A DNA stretch of 64,000 nucleotides from a virus (IMGVR_UViG_2877948078_000003); one strand, 5' to 3'; positions 48,407 to 58,156 are shown, counted from the first letter of the stretch. The notes: generated by a model from the sequence alone, not told the origin. Translations and numbers: made by a program.

Positions 48407-49120
48407 TTAACGTACTCTGACAGTATTAATTTCAAAATCATTAATATTTCCGCTATTAAATATAACGAATTTCTTACCCCCACTCCTGTATGATTTCGAT
48501 AACACCAGACGATCATCATAGCGCGCAATAATGTAATACCATACATTCTCATAGTGGACCGCCTGATATTCCCTCTTAAACTGTGGTTTGTACCAACCGG
48601 CAATAAGAGAGAATGCCCAGAAATAAATCATAAACCCAGCCATCATGAACTCAATTCGGTGATGGCGAATAATAGACATTTCCGAAAAACATTTGACTGA
48701 AACAAGTCTTCTTCCAGACCTGACAAAAAGCGTGATTGCAAAGGCAGCAAGAACGCAGAAAATCAGTACATCTGGCTCAACATGCTGATGAATTACAGAA
48801 AACTCCAGAACAGGTGGAATAAAAAGCAGCAATATCGCGAGAAAAAGCCGGATAAAACTCAAATTTTGTATATTGCGCTTTTGTTTTATGCCCAAAAAGA
48901 AAACAATACCAACTCCCCATCCAATAAGGAATATAACAATAACTGTCACAGCATAAAACAAACTTCGTGCTACATCATCGACACCAGCCCCGACAACCCA
49001 CCATGGAAAGCCATAGTAAAATGAAGTACCCCACCCATAGAAATAAGCGCTCCCCCATCCGAGACAGCCCATATAAGCAACAAAAAGTGAAGAGTTTCTG
49101 AGCAGAGCACTGTCATCCAT
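48407..49120 (-). CDS. Multi-pass integral membrane protein, AT-rich cargo gene directly downstream of Q
   Basis: 237 aa; ~5 predicted TM helices in the N-terminal 160 aa plus a soluble C-terminal ~70 aa; local GC far below the prophage average. Confidence 0.6.
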   Translation of the reverse strand: MDDSALLRNSSLFVAYMGCLGWGSAYFYGWGTSFYYGFPWWVVGAGVDDVARSLFYAVTVIVIFLIGWGVGIVFFLGIKQKRNIQNLSFIRLFLAILLLFIPPVLEFSVIHQHVEPDVLIFCVLAAFAITLFVRSGRRLVSVKCFSEMSIIRHHRIEFMMAGFMIYFWAFSLIAGWYKPQFKREYQAVHYENVWYYIIARYDDRLVLSKSYRSGGKKFVIFNSGNINDFEINTVRVR

Positions 49121-49372
49121 AGTAACACCATTAACAACTCAAAAATATCAACACACATTACATAACAAATTGGATTCCATGCAGTCAAGGGGCGTCATTG
49201 ATGGAGAAAGTATTGGCACAATCGTCATCACGTTTAATGTCTATGCCATTTTTTGGGGGGTAAAAACCCGCTCGGTCACGGGTTTTAGTGGCTTTGCCAT
49301 CACGTATAATAACGGCAAAATATCAGATTTACACGAAATATATGCCTTTTTATCTACTTTTGCAATACTTTG
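49121..49372 (-). promoter_or_regulatory. Putative Q-dependent late promoter region (pR'/tR'-like)
   Basis: Intergenic region immediately downstream of the Q-like gene with hairpin AAAACCCGTGACCGAGCGGGTTTTT on the transcribed strand; by analogy with lambdoid pR'-qut-tR'. Confidence 0.35.
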
Positions 49373-50044
49373 CTATGAAAATGCCGCCTTTTGTTTTGAA
49401 CGTGTTCCCTCCACCAACAATAAAGCTTCACTATCCAGCCGATGAAAAATGTGTTTCATTGCAACCCAGTGACCAGTAAATGTCTTGGACCAGTTTTTGG
49501 TTGTTACTCCCACCAGTAACGCCAGTTCCTGGTATTCGTAACCTTCCCCACCAAAAAGCTCAGCTTTTACCGCCTGCGCCGCCAACCAGATCAACGTCTT
49601 CAGGCGCACCAGAGTTTTTCCTGCAATTTTTCTGGTACCGGATTGAGCATTAAATTCAGTCCACGCCCACTGCGTTATCGCGATCTGATGCTCCCAGCAA
49701 ATGCTACCGCTGTAACACCACAGCAGCCAGGCTTTATGATGTTCTTCAAGAGACAGAACGGCGCGTCGCCATGATGATGTCGAAAACTCAACCGGACTGA
49801 CCAGGGCAATTGATGAGCCTTTCGCCAGTGATTGTTTACCCGGGATCGGGGGATTATCCCGCGTGATCATTTTTCCGGTTACCTCATCGCGGTAACGAAT
49901 TTTTTTGCGTCTGTAACGCCCTGTATCGAACAGGGCATTTTCCTGCCAGACTTCCAGCTGGCCTTTTGTCGACCCACTAAGATCCGCAGTGGCAATCATG
50001 AGTTGCTCACGAACAAACTGTAAATACTGGTTATTCATGCACAC
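49373..50044 (-). CDS. Putative antitermination protein Q (long Q family)
   Basis: 223 aa located directly after rusA as in DLP12/Qin-type prophages; assignment rests mainly on position. Confidence 0.55.
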   Translation of the reverse strand: MCMNNQYLQFVREQLMIATADLSGSTKGQLEVWQENALFDTGRYRRKKIRYRDEVTGKMITRDNPPIPGKQSLAKGSSIALVSPVEFSTSSWRRAVLSLEEHHKAWLLWCYSGSICWEHQIAITQWAWTEFNAQSGTRKIAGKTLVRLKTLIWLAAQAVKAELFGGEGYEYQELALLVGVTTKNWSKTFTGHWVAMKHIFHRLDSEALLLVEGTRSKQKAAFS

Positions 50045-50393
50045 CCACCTCTGTAATTCTTATCTCCAGCCGTCCACCAGATACTGGCTTGCCACGTACA
50101 ATATTGATTTCATCAAACTGCTCATCGTCCATTAACAACCCCGCGTGCGTCAGCGCATCCAGCGGTGCTTTCAGAATATTGTCCAGGTCACGGCGGCGCT
50201 TATCCGGTGGCTCTGCAATAATTTTTATTGCCAGCCGTCCGGACAGGCTTAATTTCAGTCGCTGCTGGCGAACAATAAGCGCCACTGCCCGGCGATAACG
50301 CTCCCCGGCTTTTGATACAAAATATGTGCTGCCACGGCGTCGCCAGTAAGTGTTCACCGTCGGCGGGTAAGGTAAAACCAAATCTATGAGCAT
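50031..50393 (-). CDS. rusA: RusA Holliday-junction resolvase
   Basis: 120 aa; YPPTVNTYWRRRG ... RRDLDNILKAPLDALTHAG matches the RusA family. Confidence 0.85.
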   Translation of the reverse strand: MLIDLVLPYPPTVNTYWRRRGSTYFVSKAGERYRRAVALIVRQQRLKLSLSGRLAIKIIAEPPDKRRRDLDNILKAPLDALTHAGLLMDDEQFDEINIVRGKPVSGGRLEIRITEVGVHE

Positions 50394-50405
50394 CAGTCAC
50401 CTCTT

Positions 50406-51455
50406 TTACCCGAGCACGCCAGTCGCAAAGGCGTGATCAAGAAAACGAAAAATTAACTCAATCTGAGAGCCGTACTTTTTCTCAAACTTCAGCGGGTCTG
50501 CATGAAGTTCGTTGTGGTGCTCCCGGCACAACGGTAGCGTGAAAATATCGTGGGCCTTTGTTCCCACTCCCCCCTGACCATGACCAATCAGGTGATGCGG
50601 ATCGTCAGCTGGCTTACCACAACACGCACACGGCTGTGTCTTTACCCAGCGCGTGTATTTCTCATTAACCCAACGGCGACGTTTAGGCCGCCTCATGAAC
50701 GATTCAGGAGACTCCGGATCAACGGCGATACTGACAACCGTTTTTTTCTGTGGTGGATTTTGTTGCTGGTGGACGTGAAGTGGCAGCGCAATATTTTTTG
50801 TGCGCTGCTTCAGTATGCTGATGGCTGTCTGTTCTCCCGGTACGATGTCACTCTCACGGTATACGGAGCGGATTTTTTCCGCTGGTAATCCCAGCGAACG
50901 ACGCGCTACTGCCTCAGGTAGTGCATCCACCACCTGATTGCAGGCCGCCCACCAGGATAATTCGGCCAGCGATAACTCCCTCTCCTGCGTACCGCTTATT
51001 GCGTGACGGATGACATCAATCATCCAGGCAACCAGATTCTGCTGAGCAAGTTGATCGAGTGATTCTGATGTCTGGTCGCGCAGCTGGTTGTCACAGTGCC
51101 AGCACAACACCATCGCGCCGGTACCATAACGGTGAATGACTGTTTCGCTGTGATGATAATCGCCGTGTGGCCACTGGCAGGATTTCACGTGACGTAATAA
51201 CCAGTCAGACAGTGCACCTGCACCACCTGCTGCACGAATAACCCGCTCATCGCTGAAAAATGGCAGTAATGTTTTATCCTCTGCCAGCGGCTGGCGAACG
51301 GCAGGAACGACTCCGGACGGCAGACCGCGCATGTTTTTCGGTTCCGGCTTCACCAATATTCTGCCGTTATGGAATACTGACATTGATTCACGGCCTGGCT
51401 TAACGATAACCAGACCGAGTTCCGGTACCAGAACAGGTCGAAGTAATACCCGCAC
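50406..51455 (-). CDS. DUF968 / YdfU-like prophage protein
   Basis: 349 aa; C-terminal Cys/His-rich motif CACCGKPADDPHHLIGHGQGG ... CREHHNELH; position between hok and rusA as in Qin. Confidence 0.65.
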   Translation of the reverse strand: MRVLLRPVLVPELGLVIVKPGRESMSVFHNGRILVKPEPKNMRGLPSGVVPAVRQPLAEDKTLLPFFSDERVIRAAGGAGALSDWLLRHVKSCQWPHGDYHHSETVIHRYGTGAMVLCWHCDNQLRDQTSESLDQLAQQNLVAWMIDVIRHAISGTQERELSLAELSWWAACNQVVDALPEAVARRSLGLPAEKIRSVYRESDIVPGEQTAISILKQRTKNIALPLHVHQQQNPPQKKTVVSIAVDPESPESFMRRPKRRRWVNEKYTRWVKTQPCACCGKPADDPHHLIGHGQGGVGTKAHDIFTLPLCREHHNELHADPLKFEKKYGSQIELIFRFLDHAFATGVLG

Positions 51456-51456
51456 G

Positions 51457-51735
51457 TTACCTCCAGATGCGCTGCTGGAATGTGCGGGACGGACGCGGTG
51501 GGCGTTCGGAATAAGGGAGCCTGACGGAGATTATCCAGTGACGACGATCGAAGCTGAGATCTTTCTGAAACTCGTAACCACGTCTGCGGTAGCACTGAAT
51601 CAGCCATTCGGCCTGTTCTTCAGTGCATGGGTCATGCTGGAACCAGTCAGATTTGAATGCATGAGAACACCGCCCGTGCCTGCTGGCAAAGACGGCTGAA
51701 TTATCAGAATTGTTAAGTTTCTTGTAATGCACCAC
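51457..51735 (-). CDS. Hypothetical protein (92 aa)
   Basis: ORF whose stop overlaps the DUF968 gene start. Confidence 0.4.
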   Translation of the reverse strand: MVHYKKLNNSDNSAVFASRHGRCSHAFKSDWFQHDPCTEEQAEWLIQCYRRRGYEFQKDLSFDRRHWIISVRLPYSERPPRPSRTFQQRIWR

Positions 51736-51800
51736 TACTATCCTCGTAATGGTGCGACAGACGCCAGTTGTTCAGGCTGGCTTTACTACAGCATTATAAT

Positions 51801-51995
51801 CTAGTCTCTTTTAATGCTGAAGTAACTGACCGAATCCGCATGCGATTCTTTGCTGATCAGAATAACATCAGATGGCAATGGCATTACGATAAACTCACCA
51901 TTCCCAAGAACTATTACTTCATAATTACCTGGTATAGAAAGCGCAGCAATTAATTCCTTATCGTTCATAACAAAAATCCCATGAACTATAAACAC
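51801..51995 (-). CDS. Hypothetical small protein (64 aa)
   Basis: ORF between hok and the DUF968-region genes. Confidence 0.35.
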   Translation of the reverse strand: MFIVHGIFVMNDKELIAALSIPGNYEVIVLGNGEFIVMPLPSDVILISKESHADSVSYFSIKRD

Positions 51996-52248
51996 CTCCC
52001 CTTATGGGGGCCATCCCTCTTATCCCTGCGCGCTACTTAAGAGCCTCGATTCTAGCCGTGAAGACATGCCAATCAACAGCAATAAACCACCTGAATAACA
52101 GAATCAGCCAGCCACATCGGTACAACCAGATGCATCACGCTCACCGAAAATAAACAACAAAAAACCGCCGAAGCGAGTTAAGTGGGGTGCGTTGAGGATG
52201 CCTGACACATCAGAGGTGGCGAGGGATTTCTCCCTCGCCTGGTCACTC

Positions 52249-52404
52249 TTACTTCTCAGATTCGTAGTCTACGAAGACAGCAACCTCCGTCTGGCCGGTT
52301 CGGATTCGTACCTCGCAGAGGTCTTTCCTCGTTACCAGTGCCGTCACTATGACGGTTAAACAGATGACGATCAGGGCGATTAACATCGCCTTTTGCTGCT
52401 TCAT
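52249..52404 (-). CDS. hok: Hok/Gef-family type I toxin
   Basis: 51 aa MKQQKAMLIALIVICLTVIVTALVTRKDLCEVRIRTGQTEVAVFVDYESEK, near-identical to Hok/Gef toxins as recalled; the frame is also open upstream (70 codons in total). Confidence 0.85.
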   Translation of the reverse strand: MKQQKAMLIALIVICLTVIVTALVTRKDLCEVRIRTGQTEVAVFVDYESEK

Positions 52405-52700
52405 AGCCTGCTTCTCCTTGCCTTTCGGCACGTAAGAGGCTAACCTACGTTTGTGAAGCATAGATTGGGCCTCAGATTAATGTTAAGTGTCCTGCAAGAC
52501 GCGTAATGTTAACTGGGGCTTTTCTCTGTCTGCCTTACGGCGGCATGCCCGAGGCAAACAGCCTCAAGCACCCGCAGCAATTCTACTTAACTCTCCTTTT
52601 CCCGCAAACCGTTTTTATCCCCAGCGGCAAATCGAATACACCACCAGCGCCACCGCCAGTGCGATTCCTACCGTTGTGAATGCTTCAGACCAGGTCATCG
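52405..52700 (-). promoter_or_regulatory. hok mRNA leader region, expected to carry the mok-overlap and sok-like antisense RNA
   Basis: Inferred from the conserved organisation of hok/sok loci; GC-rich structured leader upstream of hok. Confidence 0.35.
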
Positions 52701-53039
52701 TAAAATATCCTCCACGCTTATCAGTCCGTTCCGCTCCAGATAACTCATCGCCTTATCCGGTAATTTGCAGTCTGGCTTCGCTTTCCTCAGTTGCCAGGTT
52801 AACTGCTTTACCAGCATGGTTAACTCATCGACCAGACGCTGATATCCCACTGGTTTGTATTCATGCAATTTACCGGCTGGCTCTGCTGCCAGCGATACCA
52901 GTGCGATTTCCAGAACAGCAATATCCATCTTATATGTGCGGATGATGTCATGGTCGATTGTGCCCGGTATGCACAGTCTCTGTGCTTCAATAGTCTCCTC
53001 TGCGTGAGCTATTAACTGCTCCCTGGTAAAAGTCGTCAT
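52695..53039 (-). CDS. Hypothetical nin-region protein (114 aa), tandem paralogue
   Basis: Starts MTTFTREQL and contains [10 protein letters not shown]; the upstream neighbour starts MTTITKERI and contains [10 protein letters not shown]. Confidence 0.5.
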   Translation of the reverse strand: MTTFTREQLIAHAEETIEAQRLCIPGTIDHDIIRTYKMDIAVLEIALVSLAAEPAGKLHEYKPVGYQRLVDELTMLVKQLTWQLRKAKPDCKLPDKAMSYLERNGLISVEDILR

Positions 53040-53203
53040 GCCGTAGCCCCTTCTTGATATTTTTCAAACCAGAACACAACCGGCTCTGCTTCCAGCGATG
53101 CCAGCGCAATCCGTGCCAGTTCCATTTGTTCACCACGGGTAAGCCCGTTTTCAAGCGGGTTTTTAATGAACAATTCAATACGTTCTTTGGTAATAGTGGT
53201 CAT
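53036..53203 (-). CDS. Hypothetical small protein (55 aa), tandem paralogue of the downstream gene
   Basis: Hand-translated [58 protein letters not shown]; ATGA overlap with the next gene; below the 60-aa cut-off of the ORF track. Confidence 0.45.
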   Translation of the reverse strand: MTTITKERIELFIKNPLENGLTRGEQMELARIALASLEAEPVVFWFEKYQEGATA

Positions 53204-53213
53204 GTGTTACTCC

Positions 53214-53477
53214 TTAACCCGTAGTGCTTTCAACTGATGAGGGGAACAAAATCTTTTCATCAAACCCTGCATTCATATCATGAACAGCAACACACCAATC
53301 CATCGACGAACGATTATCAAGAGCCTCCATGATTTCATCCATGCGGCGTAGGTCATACAGGTAAATGCTTTTATCGCCAATGGTGTAAAAGCCAATTTTT
53401 TTCGGTGATGGACAGCGATCAAGAACTTCCTGTAATTCGTTCAACCATGCCCGTTCTTTTTTTGTCAAAGTTGCCAT
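53214..53477 (-). CDS. Hypothetical protein (87 aa)
   Basis: Start at the internal ATG with RBS AAGGAA upstream. Confidence 0.45.
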   Translation of the reverse strand: MATLTKKERAWLNELQEVLDRCPSPKKIGFYTIGDKSIYLYDLRRMDEIMEALDNRSSMDWCVAVHDMNAGFDEKILFPSSVESTTG

Positions 53478-53478
53478 A

Positions 53479-53697
53479 TCAGTTTTCCTTATACGGATTA
53501 ATTTTATTGTGCAGTGTGTTGAACGACGCCCATACAACGTCGGTATACAATTCAGTAACTGGCTCAATTATTTTCCCGATTGCCCAGACAAAAATTAGAG
53601 GGGATATCGGTATCATCAATACGATAAACAGAATGTGAAACAAAAATTCTGTCGCCCTACTTTTTTGCGGATATTCTTTTCTGAATAATGTAGTCAT
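53479..53697 (-). CDS. Small membrane protein (72 aa)
   Basis: One strongly hydrophobic helix (FLFHILFIVLMIPISPLIFVWAIG). Confidence 0.4.
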   Translation of the reverse strand: MTTLFRKEYPQKSRATEFLFHILFIVLMIPISPLIFVWAIGKIIEPVTELYTDVVWASFNTLHNKINPYKEN

Positions 53698-53729
53698 TTC
53701 TTACCGCCCTTTCGGGCGGCCTCCCGACA

Positions 53730-53942
53730 TTAATCGTTGTGGTAACTCATGGCTTCATTTGCAGCATCAACCGGATCAACCTCCCACCAGCAATAATTTG
53801 GTGCGTTTCCTTCAGGTGTCCACGGTTCTAATTCATTTTTTGCCACATTCTCGTCGCCAGTAATTTTAAAAATCTGCTCAGAGAATTTTTTCACCCACTC
53901 GTTATATTTTTCAGTGTTAATAATTTTCTGTGTATTTGACAT
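53730..53942 (-). CDS. Hypothetical protein (70 aa)
   Basis: ORF with RBS GGAGG upstream. Confidence 0.45.
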   Translation of the reverse strand: MSNTQKIINTEKYNEWVKKFSEQIFKITGDENVAKNELEPWTPEGNAPNYCWWEVDPVDAANEAMSYHND

Positions 53943-54047
53943 AGATATACCTCCAGTTAAGGATTGAATTTTATTTACAGTGCTGAACTTAATTATTCAG
54001 ATTTGGATTATGCTTTCTCTTCACGAAGTTCCGATTGTTAATTTGGC

Positions 54048-54455
54048 TCACAACAGCACCTTCTGAAAATTCCCCTGATAGAAAGCCAGCACACGCTGCA
54101 TAACTTCGCTCTGGCGGCACTCACGACAAATTATGTTCTGCCGTCTGTTGTAACGACGTATTTCTCCGTCAGGTAACTTTCGAATCAGTGTCGGGTCAGC
54201 AGCCTTCTCCGGTGTCTTACGCCATACGCGATACGCCTGCTCTGATGGAAATACCCCGCAATCAGAGAGCCAGACATCACCACTGGCCGCAAGCGCACCA
54301 GATAAACGACGAATAGCGGTCTTACTGACACCCGTGTTATCTGCCAGTTGTCGAAAAGTTTCTCGTCCGCTCAGGCGCACGAATTCCACAATGCGCGCCT
54401 TCACTTCTTCCCGCTCTTCTGGTGTAAATACTTTTGCCATAAGCGCCTCCGGCAA
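54048..54455 (-). CDS. HTH-containing hypothetical protein (135 aa)
   Basis: HTH-like segment ETFRQLADNTGVSKTAIRRLSG; Cys pair near the C-terminus. Confidence 0.5.
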   Translation of the reverse strand: MPEALMAKVFTPEEREEVKARIVEFVRLSGRETFRQLADNTGVSKTAIRRLSGALAASGDVWLSDCGVFPSEQAYRVWRKTPEKAADPTLIRKLPDGEIRRYNRRQNIICRECRQSEVMQRVLAFYQGNFQKVLL

Positions 54456-55226
54456 TCACTTTTCCGATACAACACGGCGGGAAGAATCAGTAATCTGTCG
54501 AACAATATCCCGGTGCTTGTTCAGCTCCCGCAGCGCGGCGCAGACTCGCTCCCACTTCTGAACATCACTTTTCGCCCTGCGCAGCGCCAGGTTTGCCCTG
54601 CGCAGGGACGGAAAAATCAGCTCATCTGCTTGCGTTTTGGTAAACGATGGCAACGACTGCACAATGTCCGCCACAGTTTCTGTTTTAATTTCTTCCTGTG
54701 TTGCGGCTTCCCGGACTGGTAACGCAGCACCTGCTGGCTGAGGAAAGGCCTTACCATCATTTTCCGTTACCGGCGCGGCTTTCGGATCTGCTGGTAAATT
54801 ACCCCCCGGCATGCAGTAACGAAATTTACCGTTCTGATTAACGCGTGCCAGCCGCCCCGTTGCGGTTACCACCGCCAGCGTGGAGGCAACCTTGCGAGTA
54901 CTGACGCCGAACTTACCCGCCAGTTCCTCACACGTTTTAGCACCATCCTGACCGATAAACTCAATCATCATGTCTGCGGTAACTTTTTGTTCGACCTCCC
55001 CGGTCAGCATATCCTGTGCTTCAGATTTTACTGGCCGCTCTTCGGTTACCCGGGATTCACCTTCGCCAGCCAGAAACCAGGTGTGACCCGTTTTATCAAC
55101 AACGCCATTTTTTTTGAGTTCCCACAGTTCGTTGAGAACTTCTTCACGGCTGATATCAAGCCGCGCCGCCAGTTCAACAGAATTGGCTTTACCCATCGCT
55201 TTCAGTGCATGCAATACGGTTTCCAT
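54456..55226 (-). CDS. Hypothetical replication-region protein with two winged-helix-like segments
   Basis: 256 aa directly downstream of the DnaC-like gene. Confidence 0.5.
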   Translation of the reverse strand: METVLHALKAMGKANSVELAARLDISREEVLNELWELKKNGVVDKTGHTWFLAGEGESRVTEERPVKSEAQDMLTGEVEQKVTADMMIEFIGQDGAKTCEELAGKFGVSTRKVASTLAVVTATGRLARVNQNGKFRYCMPGGNLPADPKAAPVTENDGKAFPQPAGAALPVREAATQEEIKTETVADIVQSLPSFTKTQADELIFPSLRRANLALRRAKSDVQKWERVCAALRELNKHRDIVRQITDSSRRVVSEK

Positions 55227-55255
55227 TAAAACTTCCTCCGGATAAAAATTACTTC

Positions 55256-55996
55256 TCAGTTCCTGTGCTGGCTGACGTTCGGACGCCAGCTCTCCCAGTT
55301 AAACGTCACCCAGCGACCACCGTTCATGGACATGCGGTCCATCACCCGCTCGCCGAGAAGTGTATTCATCGCTGCATGGTTAAGATTTGTCAGCATCCCC
55401 ACACTGAGTAACGATGCCGTTCTGCGGTCAACAATCTGATTCAGCGTGACCTGCTCATTACGCGTATCCCGTTGCATGCCAATTTCATCCAGTACCAGCA
55501 GGTCAACGCCACACAATCCCTGCAAAAATTTTTCGCCCGAGTTTTTGTTGTCGTAGCTGCCATGTAACGCCAGCATCACATCCGCCACTGTTATCACAAT
55601 CACACTGCGACCTTTCGCCAGAAGGTGGTTGCCAATAGCCGCCGCCAGGTGGTTTTTTCCTGTGCCAGGCCTGCCACTGAAAACAAAATTCGTACAGCCG
55701 CCTTCCAGCTCTGCCGCAATGGATTTCGCCTGACTCAGGGCATGGCGCTGACCATCGTTCTGCACCCGGTAGTTACCGAACGTACACTTCCGGTGAAGCG
55801 GCTGGATACCGGAGCGGTTAATGATTTTTTCAACCCGCGTCTGATGATTCAGACGATTAACCTCCTCGCTTCGCTTACGCCCTTCAGCAAGCTGCCATTC
55901 CCGCCACTCCGCCACCCTACGGTACGGAGGGATTGCATCCTGCGGCACAAATCTGCTGACTCTTGCCAGAACACCACCTGACGTAATGTTTTTCAT
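55256..55996 (-). CDS. DnaC/IstB-like replication ATPase (helicase-loader homologue)
   Basis: 246 aa; Walker A GRPGTGKNHLAAAIG and Walker B LLVLDEIG. Confidence 0.8.
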   Translation of the reverse strand: MKNITSGGVLARVSRFVPQDAIPPYRRVAEWREWQLAEGRKRSEEVNRLNHQTRVEKIINRSGIQPLHRKCTFGNYRVQNDGQRHALSQAKSIAAELEGGCTNFVFSGRPGTGKNHLAAAIGNHLLAKGRSVIVITVADVMLALHGSYDNKNSGEKFLQGLCGVDLLVLDEIGMQRDTRNEQVTLNQIVDRRTASLLSVGMLTNLNHAAMNTLLGERVMDRMSMNGGRWVTFNWESWRPNVSQHRN

Positions 55997-56002
55997 GGTG
56001 CG

Positions 56003-56971
56003 CTACCCCCTGAAACCAGGCGGAATTTCGGTATCCGGTTCAGAAATATGATTCACGCAACGCTGCGCGGGCGAACGCCCCAGGCGAATAACCAGTTCAT
56101 CCCATTTTTCCCGGAGTTTTGCCGGACTCATGATGTTTTTTACCCAGAACGAATCCCGCTGAACACGCCCAAACATTTCACAAATCTGTCGGTGACTACG
56201 TCCATCCAGCATACGCATCATGCGCACATCATTCGCCCAGGTCGTCCAGTTAGGCTCTCTGGGGCGTGATACCTCCCCATCATCACTGGCGGCCTGTTCA
56301 TACAACGCAACAACCCGTCCCCAGATCCACTGTGCACACGTCAAATCCTCCCGGGTTCCCCACTGTCGCTTCGGGACATTCCAGGTATGCGCATCCGGGT
56401 GTTTCTCCAGAAATCGCTCAACCGGTGATGATTGTTTTTCGTCCGGCAGTGAAACGTCCGGACAAGAAGATCTTTTATCTGACGGTTCAGGTTTTAATAC
56501 TGACGGATCGGGGTCAATCATCGCCCCCCTAATCGGCAGTTTTTTATCAACAGTTGATCCATCAAAATTTGACGGGCCAACCGTTGAGGGGTCAATATTT
56601 GACGGGTCATTTTTTGCCAGGCTAATTTTTCTTTTTGGTTTATATGCCTCACGCGCCGCCGCTGCAGCTGCTTCAAGTTTTTCCACATTAAGCCGATAGA
56701 TATTGCTTACGTTACGCCCACCGACCTTACGCTCTTCCTTCGTCAGCCAGCCCTCTTTCGCCAGTTCTGCAATAGCAGATTTAACGGTGGATTCACTTCT
56801 TGCACCGATCTGACGCCGGATAGTTTCAATAGCAGGCCATGACACGCCCTCGTCATTGCTGTAGTCTGCAAGACGGGCCATAACTGCCACCCTGGATAAG
56901 ATCATGCCGGTGAAGGCGCACCCTTCCCAGACAAGACCATGAAGCTTGCTGCTCATAACCCCCCCGAACAC
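56003..56971 (-). CDS. Replication initiation protein (O-like, N-terminal HTH)
   Basis: 322 aa; N-terminal winged-helix (WPAIETIRRQIGARSESTVKSAIAELAKEGWL); position upstream of the DnaC-like gene. Confidence 0.65.
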   Translation of the reverse strand: MFGGVMSSKLHGLVWEGCAFTGMILSRVAVMARLADYSNDEGVSWPAIETIRRQIGARSESTVKSAIAELAKEGWLTKEERKVGGRNVSNIYRLNVEKLEAAAAAAREAYKPKRKISLAKNDPSNIDPSTVGPSNFDGSTVDKKLPIRGAMIDPDPSVLKPEPSDKRSSCPDVSLPDEKQSSPVERFLEKHPDAHTWNVPKRQWGTREDLTCAQWIWGRVVALYEQAASDDGEVSRPREPNWTTWANDVRMMRMLDGRSHRQICEMFGRVQRDSFWVKNIMSPAKLREKWDELVIRLGRSPAQRCVNHISEPDTEIPPGFRG

Positions 56972-56978
56972 CGTGCTT

Positions 56979-57404
56979 TTAGTGCATCACCACAGCATTC
57001 CCTGCCGGGCCGCCGCGATTTATCTGGTCATATAAAACGACCGCTGACGCAACAAAATCATCGACATCCTTCACCAGCCGATCTCGCCGTTCGACAATCT
57101 CCCGGTAATACTCAGAACTGTGACTGCGCATACGGGCCACCAGCAAAGGCGGCATCGCCTTTTCGATCGCCGGTAACAACGCCTGAATTTTTTCAATAGC
57201 ATCAGACGTGTCCTTCTCCACCCAGCGGAAAATTTTCTGGGTATTACGGGCCAGGGCTTCCGGATGGCTGTCGTCGTAAAGTTCCGGGAACGTCATCCCC
57301 AGTTCGAAATAAGCCCGAGCTATTTCAGCTGCAGGTACTTTCTCACCGTCCGGATACGCCCAAGCATTCATCGCCATGCGGATGTGTTCATGCTTGATTT
57401 TCAT
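56979..57404 (-). CDS. YdaT-like regulatory protein (cII position)
   Basis: 141 aa directly after the cro-like gene, as in Rac-type prophages. Confidence 0.5.
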   Translation of the reverse strand: MKIKHEHIRMAMNAWAYPDGEKVPAAEIARAYFELGMTFPELYDDSHPEALARNTQKIFRWVEKDTSDAIEKIQALLPAIEKAMPPLLVARMRSHSSEYYREIVERRDRLVKDVDDFVASAVVLYDQINRGGPAGNAVVMH

Positions 57405-57663
57405 GAATCAACTCCGGTGTATTTTGTGTGTTAGCCTTATCTCCAGCAGGCAACCCGTCGGTTGGATTCGGATATAAATCTGGTCGCAATTCATGAGGAG
57501 TCACCCCAGTTGCAATATAAATTTGACGAACCCGCTCCCCTGTCGGCACTCGACCATTGTATTCATTTGCCCATTTGTGTATTTGAGACGGCCAAGCCCC
57601 TATTGCACGCCCTAGCGGACGAATACCACCAGCAATCTTTATTGCCTTGTCCAATGCTGTCAT
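57388..57663 (-). CDS. Cro-like repressor (YdaS/DicC class)
   Basis: 91 aa; HTH-like segment; divergent from the CI-like repressor gene. Confidence 0.6.
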   Translation of the reverse strand: MTALDKAIKIAGGIRPLGRAIGAWPSQIHKWANEYNGRVPTGERVRQIYIATGVTPHELRPDLYPNPTDGLPAGDKANTQNTPELIHENQA

Positions 57664-57766
57664 ACAACCTCCAATTCAATCAGCCACAACAATTGTTCAC
57701 TTAAAGAGAACATAAGTCAACACTACGAGGAATTGTTAGTGTTCACTGAACGGTTATAATTGCTAA
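57664..57766. promoter_or_regulatory. Immunity-region operator/promoter interval (OR-like)
   Basis: Palindrome TGTTCACTTAAAGAGAACA at 57704-57722 and half-site GTGTTCACTGAACGG; a related palindrome TGTTCATTTGAAGAGAACA lies right of the repressor gene. Confidence 0.5.
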
Positions 57767-58156
57767 ATGGACATGAGAAAAAAGCAATACGACACCCCGC
57801 TGGCAGAAAGGTTAGATACGATCTCGCAACAGCATCATTTAAGCGGTTCAGATTTAGCGCGCATCGCTGGTGTAGGACGCTCATCAGTCAACGCCTGGAA
57901 AAAAAGAGGGACAATCAGTAAAGATTCCGCAGCCAAAATTGCAGAAGCGACAAATGTTTCCCTTTCCTGGCTACTGACAGGAAAAGAAGATACAAACAGA
58001 GAGGCGCTTGATGATGATGAGAAAGCCCTGCTTGATGTTTACAGAAACCTGCCACCTGTAGAGCGTAGAAATATGCTGGCAGCTTTTCAAATGCGCCTTC
58101 AAAAACTGACCGAATTTTACTCAGAATACGTTGACCCAATAACGCGACAAAAATAA
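57767..58156 (+). CDS. CI-like repressor of DicA/RacR type (HTH_XRE, no LexA-like protease domain)
   Basis: 129 aa; HTH LSGSDLARIAGVGRSSVNAWKKRG; divergent from the cro-like gene. Confidence 0.75.
   Translation: MDMRKKQYDTPLAERLDTISQQHHLSGSDLARIAGVGRSSVNAWKKRGTISKDSAAKIAEATNVSLSWLLTGKEDTNREALDDDEKALLDVYRNLPPVERRNMLAAFQMRLQKLTEFYSEYVDPITRQK

Noticed and set aside
42640-49372. Shiga toxin (stxAB) genes in the Q-to-lysis cargo region
   Set aside because: No ORFs of stxA or stxB size and character; the region instead holds the methyltransferase, tRNAs, lipoprotein, AraC regulator and repeats.
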